The position numbers and the translations under genes are program-made. 59,633 nt of DNA from positions 1 to 59,633 of the IMG/VR virus record IMGVR_UViG_3300030110_003038; one strand, written 5' to 3'. This DNA is from a virus (Duplodnaviria; Caudoviricetes). Below, piece after piece: positions 1-7,803 of this stretch (the first letter of the stretch is position 1; each line of letters opens with the position of its first letter). The notes below the pieces were generated by a model that saw nothing but the letters and a program-made list of their open reading frames with translations, did no database searches and had not been told where the DNA came from.

Positions 1-1403
1 ACATCTTTCCCTGCATTTATAATAATCTGACTCAGTGGCACTTGTATCGCTTCAATTATTATTTGTGCCGCCACTTTGTCGTGTATTGTTTGCTCAAAAG
101 TCTTATGGCTGAGCTCGTGTGCTGCTCGGTATAGTGCCAACCCTCCGCCAGGAATAATCCCTTCTTGAAGGGCGCTGCGCACCGCGCATACCGAGTCATC
201 GACTCGGTCAAATTTTTCTTTTTGCTCCACATCACTATTAGCTCCCACGTATATACACCCTATTGCACCAGCTAGGCTGGCTACTCTCTCATTTATAAAG
301 TCTTTATCGCTTTTAATGGTCATATTTTTCTGCTGCTCCTTCAGCTCATTGATCCTGTCTAGTGTCGCATCGGTAAGGTTGGCTTCTTTAATGAGTACTG
401 TTGACTCTTTACCCACTATTATTTTATCGACATGTCCCAGGTCACCCATACTTACAAGGCTCAGGTCATCACCCGTCTTTTCGCTGTATATTTTCGCCCC
501 TACCGCGAACGCTATGTCTTGCATAAGCTCACTACTTTTGTATCCAAACTGTGGAGGAGCTATTGTACATAGGCTCAGATTATTTCTTACTACGTTGGCC
601 GCCAAGGTATTGACCACATTCTCAGAGCATGGAGCAATTACTAACAACTTCTCTCTATTTTGTATGATTGGTTTGAGCACGTTCTCTATTTGCAGGATGT
701 TATCTATACCAATATCACACACTAAGACTTTAACATCTTCAAGCACACACTCATCTTTACGGTGGTTGTTAAGGAACATAGGTGAGGAGTACCCCCTATC
801 CACCTTTATCCCGTTAGTCACCTGGGCATAGGTCTCATGATTCTGCGACTTCTCTACTGTCACTATCCCATTAGTACCCACTTTGTTATATGCATCGGCT
901 ATAATACTACCGATCTCTTTGTCGTTGTTAGCAGATATTGTCGCTACATCGAGCAGCGTATCTTTAGTAATTTTCTTAGAGTTTTTTTCTAGTATACCGA
1001 TAATTTTATCGCAGTATCTGTTTACACTTTTAATAACCTCGGTGATGTTATGGTTTTCTTTTAACAGTTTTTGTCCCACATTAACAATCGCTTCAGTAAG
1101 TACTATAGCTGTGGTTGTCCCGTCACCTGCGGAGTTAGCAGTTCTGGTTGCTGCATCCTTCATCATTTGTATGGCTAGGTTTTCTATTGGGTTGTCCAGG
1201 AATATTGACTTGGCTACAGTGACACCGTCTTTAGTAACGGTAATCCCCCCAGTGTGGTCGGGGGATTCAATGAGTACCGTCTGACCTCTTGGGCCTAGTG
1301 TACTTTTAACTGCTTTTGATATCGCAGTAATTCCTTGTATTAGTTGCTCACGACCTTTCTCATCAAAGGTTAAGTCTTTTGGTATATATCCTAGTTTACT
1401 CAT
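1..1403 (-). CDS. groEL: Phage-encoded chaperonin GroEL (Cpn60), truncated at window start
   Basis: Manual translation from ATG at 1403: MSKLGYIPKDLTFDEKGREQL...AVKSTLGPRG...TVTKDGVTVAK...AGDGTTTA...ATISANND...GIIPGGG...AIQVPLSQIIINAGKDV. Missing from the ORF track because the frame runs off the window. Confidence 0.97.
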   Translation of the reverse strand, partial: MSKLGYIPKDLTFDEKGREQLIQGITAISKAVKSTLGPRGQTVLIESPDHTGGITVTKDGVTVAKSIFLDNPIENLAIQMMKDAATRTANSAGDGTTTAIVLTEAIVNVGQKLLKENHNITEVIKSVNRYCDKIIGILEKNSKKITKDTLLDVATISANNDKEIGSIIADAYNKVGTNGIVTVEKSQNHETYAQVTNGIKVDRGYSSPMFLNNHRKDECVLEDVKVLVCDIGIDNILQIENVLKPIIQNREKLLVIAPCSENVVNTLAANVVRNNLSLCTIAPPQFGYKSSELMQDIAFAVGAKIYSEKTGDDLSLVSMGDLGHVDKIIVGKESTVLIKEANLTDATLDRINELKEQQKNMTIKSDKDFINERVASLAGAIGCIYVGANSDVEQKEKFDRVDDSVCAVRSALQEGIIPGGGLALYRAAHELSHKTFEQTIHDKVAAQIIIEAIQVPLSQIIINAGKD

Positions 1404-1430
1404 TGAATTAGATTTAATTAAATTACAAAA

Positions 1431-1438
1431 CAAAGATA
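1431..1438 (-). promoter_or_regulatory. Bacteroidota -7 promoter element (TATCTTTG) for groEL
   Basis: Matches TAnnTTTG about 27 nt upstream of the ATG, followed by an A-rich leader. Confidence 0.7.
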
Positions 1439-1460
1439 GTATAAATTGTCAAAAAGCAAA

Positions 1461-1566
1461 ATGTCGAATGACAAACTTATTGCTCACCTTACTCTCTATA
1501 TATATTTTACCTTACTCTTCTTTTTTTTTATTTTTATAATAGTAATATTTTCGACATTATCGACAT
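1461..1566. repeat. TGTC/GACA repeat cluster flanking an AT-rich spacer (origin-like), copy A
   Basis: ATGTCGAATGACA (1461-1473), a poly-T/AT spacer, then TCGACATTATCGACAT (1551-1566); same architecture as 9700-9803. Confidence 0.55.
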
Positions 1567-1669
1567 TAATAATAATTATAATAATAAAAGTACTGAGAAT
1601 CAGTTAGTTACGTTATGTCGATTTTAAAATTGTGTTGACACAGTTGTGTCGGTTATTGTACACTAACAC

Positions 1670-1700
1670 AAAAAAAAGAGATTCATTTCTAAACCTCTTA
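1670..1700 (-). terminator. Rho-independent terminator
   Basis: Minus strand AAGAGGTTT-AGAAAT-GAATCTCTT followed by a T run, downstream of ORF 1732-1926. Confidence 0.7.
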
Positions 1701-1731
1701 ATTTTAAACAAAAAGAAAACAGAAAAATATT

Positions 1732-1926
1732 TTAATAATTTAGTTCGTTAAACTTCTTTTTATCTTCAGCTAACTGTATAGCTTCTGCCATTAAATTAAT
1801 CTTACGATCATTGTCAACAGCTCGTTTCATAGCAGCTGCTTTTGCTATTCCACTCATGCCATCAGGTCTGTCATTTATAAGTCTTCCGTCCTTGACGTAC
1901 AACCCATCAACGTAATCTTTTGCCAT
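1732..1926 (-). CDS. Hypothetical protein (64 aa)
   Basis: Has its own TATCTTTG promoter box (1947-1954) and a downstream terminator. Confidence 0.8.
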   Translation of the reverse strand: MAKDYVDGLYVKDGRLINDRPDGMSGIAKAAAMKRAVDNDRKINLMAEAIQLAEDKKKFNELNY

Positions 1927-1946
1927 AGTTATAAAATTTTATGCTA

Positions 1947-1954
1947 CAAAGATA
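1947..1954 (-). promoter_or_regulatory. Bacteroidota -7 promoter element (TATCTTTG)
   Basis: TAnnTTTG about 20 nt upstream of ATG 1926. Confidence 0.7.
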
Positions 1955-2478
1955 CGGAAAATATTTTGGAGTATTCAGATATATAGAGGTTGAGGGTTAT
2001 TATTGCTTATACACACACCCCCCTTGATCAAGAAAGTGATTTTTTTTTGACTCATTAAAATGTTTTGAAAAATCCCATATAGATTTTTTCAGAATTCTAA
2101 ATTCAGTTCCCTATAGTAGTGGTTAGGTGGTACATCCTTCACACTATATTCCTTTGTTGATTAGTTATTGTAATGACTTCTAAGAAACTATCTCATACCT
2201 TCCCTTCTTAAATGGTAAACACAAAGAGAACAGACTAAGAGCCTTCCCTTAACCCCTCACCGAGTCAAAATATAACTAAACAAAACACACACAGAATCTC
2301 CATTTCATTTCATGATTGAATATGATTTGTGATTTAAATATTAAATAATAATCATTTGCAACAAGTATTAAAGAAAGTTTCTCCTCATATACATAAAGTA
2401 TTTGATAAATAATAATCAAATAATAATAGTTTATTCGACAAAGTTTATTATATTGCATAAGAATTAAAATTTAAAACT

Positions 2479-2577
2479 ATGTATGAATTAATCGAAACAT
2501 TTAAAATTGAGGTAATTGAATGCCCTCAAGAAATTAGTGAGTCATTCAAAGAATTAACTATAAATATACAACTATGA
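2479..2577 (+). CDS. Small hypothetical protein (32 aa)
   Basis: MYELIETFKIEVIECPQEISESFKELTINIQL; A-rich leader; ATGA overlap with the next ORF. Confidence 0.55.
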   Translation: MYELIETFKIEVIECPQEISESFKELTINIQL

Positions 2578-2768
2578 GTAAAGGAATAGATATGTTTAAA
2601 ATCTTAGCTAATGTTAAGAAAGAGCAAGGTGCTAATGACTTATATTATGAGTTAGAAGACACATTAGTTGGGTGGGGAAACTCCACTCAAGCTTACAACA
2701 ATTTTGTTGAAATATTGGCTAATTGGGATATGGATATCCAAGACTATACAAAAGGTGCAACACTATGA
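2574..2768 (+). CDS. Hypothetical protein (64 aa)
   Basis: ORF track; coupled by ATGA overlaps on both sides. Confidence 0.75.
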   Translation: MSKGIDMFKILANVKKEQGANDLYYELEDTLVGWGNSTQAYNNFVEILANWDMDIQDYTKGATL

Positions 2769-3124
2769 TAGATTATAAAAAAGAAGTGTTAAAAATGAAG
2801 AACATCATCCTCGATTTTGATGGGGATGATGGTACTTGGGATTTGTGCTTTGAGAAAAGAATCACAAATGACTCTGATAAAAGTTTCTCAAATGGTAAAT
2901 CTTATATGCCTATGTATACATACATAAAGTATACCGAAGGAGATTACATTATTGATGATGAAACTGAAATCTATGTGTATGAAGAGATGTTTCAACATAC
3001 AATTATTGATGCTCTTTATGACTCTACAAATAAGAAAATCTTCTTTGATGGTATGAAGAAAAATCAAGTAGATGAATTTGTAGATTGGAGAGATATTTAT
3101 AAACATCATTTGTTATCACAATGA
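2765..3124 (+). CDS. Hypothetical protein (acidic)
   Basis: ORF track 2723-3124; start revised to MIDYKK at 2765 (ATGA overlap). Confidence 0.75.
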   Translation: MIDYKKEVLKMKNIILDFDGDDGTWDLCFEKRITNDSDKSFSNGKSYMPMYTYIKYTEGDYIIDDETEIYVYEEMFQHTIIDALYDSTNKKIFFDGMKKNQVDEFVDWRDIYKHHLLSQ

Positions 3125-3282
3125 ATAAGATAGAAGTAAAATTTACCAAAAGACAATTAGAACTCATTCAATATGCTTGTGAATTGTCCCAAGATGGGAG
3201 AAGAGTAAAGGATGCAGAAGGAATGAAGGCAATTGTAATAAAACTCTATAAGTTAGGAATAATAAATAGAGGAATAGATTAA
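3121..3282 (+). CDS. Small hypothetical protein (53 aa)
   Basis: MNKIEVKFTKRQLELIQYACELSQDGRRVKDAEGMKAIVIKLYKLGIINRGID; ATGA overlap; stop codon lies in hammerhead 1 stem I. Confidence 0.7.
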   Translation: MNKIEVKFTKRQLELIQYACELSQDGRRVKDAEGMKAIVIKLYKLGIINRGID

Positions 3283-3331
3283 CTGAAGAGGATTCAATAT
3301 CCGAAACACCTCTTTATGAGGTGTCTTAATC
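3277..3331 (+). ncRNA. Type I hammerhead ribozyme 1
   Basis: Stem I GATTAA/TTAATC; core CTGAAGA; stem II GGAT-tcaat-ATCC; GAAA; stem III ACACCTC-tttat-GAGGTGT; GUC triplet, cleavage after C3325. Confidence 0.93.
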
Positions 3332-3345
3332 AAAATGAATTAACT

Positions 3346-3900
3346 ATGACTATTAAACAAAAAGTTTTTATATCTCTTAAGAAGAAGTATAAAACATCCT
3401 CTTTTAAATTAGAGGATATTAGAAGAGAAATTTGGGTTGCTCAAGGAAAGAATCCAAAGGAGTTTTATAATAAGCAAGGTTACTACATGGTAGCCATTAA
3501 TGATTGGGTAGGTGATAGACTTTTAAGCAGAAGACAAAAGAACATTTATAAACTATCTTTTGTTGGTTGCCTATATGCTAATAATCCAATCAAAACAAAT
3601 AGGATATTAAGAGCATTGGCAGACAGAAACAAAGCAAGGAGAAAAGCCATCAATAATCATGAGGACAATTTCAAACACTTAGTAGGAAGAAAGATTGTAA
3701 ATGTAAGGAGACTTACTCCTTATGAGTGTGTAAATTTTGGATGGAATAAATCACCTCTTGTATTAGAATTAGATGATAGAACTTGCTTAATTCCTCAGAC
3801 AGATGATGAAGGAAATGAAGGTGGGGCAATGTATCACTATGACTATGATTATAAACAAAGGAAAGGATACATCAAAGAAGAGGTAATATATACTATATAA
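3346..3900 (+). CDS. Hypothetical phage protein (basic N-terminus; C-terminal domain with a DDEGNxxG motif)
   Basis: ORF track 3316-3900; start revised to 3346 because 3316 lies inside the ribozyme and 3346 has the TAACT-ATG context seen in neighbouring genes. Confidence 0.8.
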   Translation: MTIKQKVFISLKKKYKTSSFKLEDIRREIWVAQGKNPKEFYNKQGYYMVAINDWVGDRLLSRRQKNIYKLSFVGCLYANNPIKTNRILRALADRNKARRKAINNHEDNFKHLVGRKIVNVRRLTPYECVNFGWNKSPLVLELDDRTCLIPQTDDEGNEGGAMYHYDYDYKQRKGYIKEEVIYTI

Positions 3901-3916
3901 CTAAAAATAAATAACT

Positions 3917-4045
3917 ATGGAAGAAACAATAAATATAAATATCTGCTACACTATTTGTAGTGAAAGTGGAGATAAAATAATTGACACAGAAATGATGTTA
4001 GAAGATTATTTTGATAAAGTAAATACATTAATTAACCAAAACTAA
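3917..4045 (+). CDS. Small hypothetical protein (42 aa)
   Basis: MEETININICYTICSESGDKIIDTEMMLEDYFDKVNTLINQN; AATAACT-ATG leader; fills the gap between neighbours. Confidence 0.65.
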   Translation: MEETININICYTICSESGDKIIDTEMMLEDYFDKVNTLINQN

Positions 4046-4051
4046 ATAACT

Positions 4052-4561
4052 ATGGGACAATATTTTAAAGTAATAAATAAAACAAAAAAAGAAGTTTTAA
4101 ACCCACATACCTTTGGCAATGGGCTAAAGTTATGGGAATTTGTGTCAGATGGTAATGGAGTTTTACAAGGACTCGGATTGTTATTGGCAGAAGGGCATGT
4201 AGAGTATAAGGATTTAATCCCTAAACCATCTACCATTATCGGTAGGTGGCATGGAGATAAAATAACTATTTTAGGTGACTATGCTCAAGACAAAGAAGGT
4301 AATAACATTTGGGATACTATGTTGGATTCTGAAGGAGAATTAAAGAAGTCATGGAAAGATATTTCTGTGGAGACTTATAAAACACTTCTTAAAGACACTT
4401 GGGTTGGTAATAGGAAAGCCGAACAGATAAAAAAGCATGGAACAAAGTTTATGATGAGTGATGAGAAAAAACTAATGTTAGAGTTATTTCCTAAAGAATG
4501 TACAGAAGGAGACTTGAGACAAAAGTATGACTTTGTAGAGAAAGAACAATCTGAAGAGTAA
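4052..4561 (+). CDS. Hypothetical phage protein (MGQYF...GLKLxE...GRWxGD...GDYA)
   Basis: ORF track; the last codons and stop overlap hammerhead 2. Confidence 0.85.
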   Translation: MGQYFKVINKTKKEVLNPHTFGNGLKLWEFVSDGNGVLQGLGLLLAEGHVEYKDLIPKPSTIIGRWHGDKITILGDYAQDKEGNNIWDTMLDSEGELKKSWKDISVETYKTLLKDTWVGNRKAEQIKKHGTKFMMSDEKKLMLELFPKECTEGDLRQKYDFVEKEQSEE

Positions 4562-4607
4562 AGGTTTAAACACCTACGAAACTCCCATGTATTTGGGAGT
4601 CATTGTT
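4545..4607 (+). ncRNA. Type I hammerhead ribozyme 2
   Basis: Stem I AACAAT/ATTGTT; core CTGAAGA; stem II GTA[AA]GGT-ttaaac-ACCTAC; GAAA; stem III ACTCCCA-tgtatt-TGGGAGT; GUC triplet, cleavage after C4601. Confidence 0.93.
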
Positions 4608-4625
4608 TAACTTAAATTAAATCAA

Positions 4626-4901
4626 ATGAATAAATTAATTAAAGAGATACAATTTCATCTTAAGGAACTCGACAAGGGTAACATAGATAAGGATGATTTT
4701 GTAAATGCTATTACTGAAATTTGTAGTGAAGAATCACCTCAAGCTGTGGAAGATCCTACTTGGGAATTTGACAATTCATCTCCAATTATCCACTTGGATG
4801 AGGATGGAAATGAACTCAAAGATTCTCCACTTAGTAATCCACTTGACAACCATTTTAAAACAATGGCAAGTATGGTCAGAAACTTAACTAAAAATAAATA
4901 A
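4626..4901 (+). CDS. Hypothetical protein (91 aa)
   Basis: ORF track; AATTAAATCAA leader. Confidence 0.75.
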   Translation: MNKLIKEIQFHLKELDKGNIDKDDFVNAITEICSEESPQAVEDPTWEFDNSSPIIHLDEDGNELKDSPLSNPLDNHFKTMASMVRNLTKNK

Positions 4902-4903
4902 CT

Positions 4904-5107
4904 ATGGAATTTAAAAAAGCAATTGTATTTACCGATACCAAAAAACTTACATTTTTTAATAAAAATAATTTTGATACTTATTGTTCTAAACACCAAGTAA
5001 ATGCCGATGATGTATTAATTAATGATATAGCTTTCTATGGATGGGATGAAATAGAAGTATTTTTTAAAGCAAAATCTGAAAATGAATTTTGGGATTATAT
5101 AACATAA
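4904..5107 (+). CDS. Hypothetical protein (67 aa)
   Basis: ORF track; tight operon packing. Confidence 0.75.
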   Translation: MEFKKAIVFTDTKKLTFFNKNNFDTYCSKHQVNADDVLINDIAFYGWDEIEVFFKAKSENEFWDYIT

Positions 5108-5117
5108 AGAAATAATT

Positions 5118-5759
5118 ATGAATGTATTAGAATTATTTAGTGGTAGCCGAAGTATCGGCAAAGAAGCAGAGAAGAGAGGGCATAAAGTCTTCTCTTCAGA
5201 CTTCGTTGATTTTCCAAACACAGACTATGTGTGTGACATCATGAAGTTTGATGTAAACAAGATTCCATTTAAAGTGGATATGTTGTGGGCATCACCACCT
5301 TGTGAGTCATTTTCTGTAGCATCCATAGGACATCATTGGGAGAAAGGTAAAGAGTTTATGCCTAAGACTAACAATGCAGTTAAAGGTATAAACATCTTAA
5401 TGAGAACAATGAAGATAATAGATATAATGTTACATAGAAATCCAAACATGATTTGGTACATAGAGAATCCAAGAGGTAAGATGAGAAAGTCTCCTCATTG
5501 GAATGAAATCCACCATGTTAGGCACACTTTAACCTATTGTCAATATGGTGATGATAGAATGAAGCCAACTGACATTTGGACAAACAATTTTAAGTGGACT
5601 CCCAAACCTATGTGCAAGAATGGTGATCCATGTCATGTGTCGGCACCAAGAGGAAGTCAAACTGGAACACAAGGTCGTGGAAGCTACTTTGATAGAAGTA
5701 AGATTCCTTCTGAATTGTGTAAAGAAATAGTAAGTATAACAAGTAAATTAAATAAATAA
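5118..5759 (+). CDS. Short DNA (cytosine-5) methyltransferase
   Basis: Motif I LELFSGSRS, catalytic WASPPC, motif VI IENP, YCQYG. Confidence 0.88.
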   Translation: MNVLELFSGSRSIGKEAEKRGHKVFSSDFVDFPNTDYVCDIMKFDVNKIPFKVDMLWASPPCESFSVASIGHHWEKGKEFMPKTNNAVKGINILMRTMKIIDIMLHRNPNMIWYIENPRGKMRKSPHWNEIHHVRHTLTYCQYGDDRMKPTDIWTNNFKWTPKPMCKNGDPCHVSAPRGSQTGTQGRGSYFDRSKIPSELCKEIVSITSKLNK

Positions 5760-5762
5760 ATT

Positions 5763-5957
5763 ATGGCAAATAGTAGTTATTGCAGATATGAAAATACTGC
5801 ACGAGATTTAAAAGATTGTGTAGAAGCAATTGATACTGATGGAATATCAGAAACTGCAAGTGATAGAGAAATTGAAGGGTTGAGAGATTTACTCATTCTT
5901 GCAAAAGAAGTGGTAGATAGAGAGGATGAAATTCTGGACTTGCTCGGTGATAGTTAA
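5763..5957 (+). CDS. Hypothetical protein (SYCRYENT motif)
   Basis: ORF track; operon packing. Confidence 0.8.
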   Translation: MANSSYCRYENTARDLKDCVEAIDTDGISETASDREIEGLRDLLILAKEVVDREDEILDLLGDS

Positions 5958-5987
5958 AAAAAATGTATAACTTAAATTAAATAAATT

Positions 5988-6227
5988 ATGAATAGAGAAG
6001 AAATATATAATCAAGTAATTCAAGAGTATTCTGAATTAATAGATAATGGAGAAACTTGGACCACACCAACTGGTGATAATATTCAAGATATAATAGGAAA
6101 CTTAGTTGACTTAGTTATGAAATATGGTCAAGAAGTGTATGATGTTGTTGACCTTGATGATTATACTTTAGAACAATTAATGGACTATGAATACTTAGAA
6201 AGTAAAATAAAAATTTTAATAAATTAA
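5988..6227 (+). CDS. Hypothetical protein (acidic, 79 aa)
   Basis: ORF track; A-rich leader. Confidence 0.75.
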   Translation: MNREEIYNQVIQEYSELIDNGETWTTPTGDNIQDIIGNLVDLVMKYGQEVYDVVDLDDYTLEQLMDYEYLESKIKILIN

Positions 6228-6238
6228 ATAAAAAAACT

Positions 6239-6547
6239 ATGGATTTAGAAAATAAACATACTGAAATTGAACATCTCAGAAAGCTATTGCAAGAAGAGAT
6301 GAAAGCAAAGGATGAAGCAATTAAAGAGTTGAATAATTATAAAAACTCTTATTTAACAATTGATAAAAAGTATTATCCAAAGGATGTAAAGTTTTATCAG
6401 AAAGCACAACTTTTCGAAATAAGAAAAGGTGATGACTTGCAAGATGATGACATATGGGATTCATATTGTGAAGACTTAGGGATAGATGAAGGACAAGAAT
6501 CCTTCTGTGTTTGTGTGATTGGGATAATGCATCAGTATGACTCCTAA
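6239..6547 (+). CDS. Hypothetical protein (102 aa)
   Basis: ORF track. Confidence 0.75.
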   Translation: MDLENKHTEIEHLRKLLQEEMKAKDEAIKELNNYKNSYLTIDKKYYPKDVKFYQKAQLFEIRKGDDLQDDDIWDSYCEDLGIDEGQESFCVCVIGIMHQYDS

Positions 6548-6701
6548 AGGAATTATGTTAGAATTATTATACCTTGTGTCTAAAATAATGAAGGCAAGGT
6601 GTGAACAAACATATGATGAAGGTGAAGCAGACAAATGGAGCAAAAACCATGATGCTATCATTAAGATTATAAACCAAATAGAAAATGGTGGTATTAAATA
6701 A
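6537..6701 (+). CDS. Small hypothetical protein (54 aa)
   Basis: MTPKGIMLELLYLVSKIMKARCEQTYDEGEADKWSKNHDAIIKIINQIENGGIK; overlaps the previous stop. Confidence 0.6.
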   Translation: MTPKGIMLELLYLVSKIMKARCEQTYDEGEADKWSKNHDAIIKIINQIENGGIK

Positions 6702-6725
6702 TTATATAACTTTAAAACAAAAACA

Positions 6726-6914
6726 ATGAGAAAAACTACATTAGATCAACTTGCAGAATGCAAATGGGAATTAGAAGAAGTAAAAACTGAAGCACAAGAG
6801 TATAAATTGTATAAAAAAATAATTACAAAATTATTTCCAAGACAACATGAAAGAATAGTTGATGAAATAAAAAAAAAGATAAAAGAAAGAAATAAAAAAT
6901 TAGGTATTAAGTAA
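6726..6914 (+). CDS. Hypothetical protein (62 aa)
   Basis: ORF track. Confidence 0.7.
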   Translation: MRKTTLDQLAECKWELEEVKTEAQEYKLYKKIITKLFPRQHERIVDEIKKKIKERNKKLGIK

Positions 6915-7049
6915 ATAAAGAACTACTTTTGGTGAAATATACAACAATTAATGAACAAGTATTATTCGCCAGATCCAGAAGAAGAAGAAGAAGAAGATGA
7001 TGTATTCTTGTTTATATAAAGAAACTAGTTAGTTAATTCAATGTTAATT

Positions 7050-7076
7050 CCCACCTTTCATACATGGGTGGGTTTT
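7050..7076 (+). terminator. Probable rho-independent terminator ending the small-ORF cluster
   Basis: CCCACC...GGTGGG hairpin followed by TTTT. Confidence 0.55.
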
Positions 7077-7103
7077 GACTCCTTCAAACAAAAGAAAAGA
7101 TAA

Positions 7104-7409
7104 ATGAAAAAAGATATATTTAATAAGTATAGTGAGGCTGTGGCTAAACAATTTCATCTGACATTAGATGAGATGTTTAGTAAAACTAAAAGACAAGACA
7201 TAGTAGAAGCAAGACAAATATTATATTACCTCTGTAAAGAAAGACCCATTAGATTTAGTTTCATCCAAAGATTTCTAGAAGAGAATGGGTATAAAGTAGG
7301 ACATTCAAGTATTATGCATGGTTACAACCAAGCTAAAAAAATGATTGAGGAAGATGTAGATTATAAAAACTTTATTGACAAAGCCACACAAGATGCCGAC
7401 ACTGATTGA
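7104..7409 (+). CDS. DnaA C-terminal-like helix-turn-helix protein
   Basis: SKTKRQDIVEARQILYYLCKE...HSSIMHG resembles the Bac_DnaA_C signature. Confidence 0.75.
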   Translation: MKKDIFNKYSEAVAKQFHLTLDEMFSKTKRQDIVEARQILYYLCKERPIRFSFIQRFLEENGYKVGHSSIMHGYNQAKKMIEEDVDYKNFIDKATQDADTD

Positions 7410-7803
7410 AATATTTAATGAAGCCAAGTCTGATCCAAGGGCAATTATTACTCAGTTTACCAATAGAGAGTCGGTAATAAACAAGGGGTGTAAAATTCAA
7501 AAGTTTACTGATAGAATAGAAATACTTAATATGGGTAAGGGTGGTGATTACTTTAAATTATGCACAGATGAAGAGTATGATTTTTTCTATCGATTTGGAT
7601 GGAAAGTAGGGGTAATTCAATTAGCTATTAGTAATTGCCAACATAAATTAAATATTATTAAAGAAAGAATTAAGAAAGAAGTAAACACTAGAAAGAATGA
7701 TAAGCATATTCAAAACCTTAAGAACAGAAGAGAGGCTATCATGGTGAAGTTTACTATATATAAAAGAAAATTAAATCAAGTTAAATCAAAATCACAATTA
7801 TGA
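7393..7803 (+). CDS. Hypothetical protein with a basic coiled-coil C-terminus
   Basis: ORF track 7375-7803; ATG start at MPTLIE. Confidence 0.75.
   Translation: MPTLIEIFNEAKSDPRAIITQFTNRESVINKGCKIQKFTDRIEILNMGKGGDYFKLCTDEEYDFFYRFGWKVGVIQLAISNCQHKLNIIKERIKKEVNTRKNDKHIQNLKNRREAIMVKFTIYKRKLNQVKSKSQL

Noticed and set aside
316-1284. + strand ORFs of 171 and 133 aa
   Set aside because: Antisense shadows of groEL.
2276-2458. 60-aa minus-strand ORF in the switch region
   Set aside because: Low-complexity AT-rich chance ORF overlapping the probable early promoter.
3307-3324. Hairpins at 3307-3324 and 4581-4600 as terminators
   Set aside because: No U tract; fully explained as hammerhead stem III.
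3316-3345. Upstream ATG for the 194-aa ORF
   Set aside because: Lies within hammerhead stem-loop III, upstream of the cleavage site; 3346 has the typical start context.
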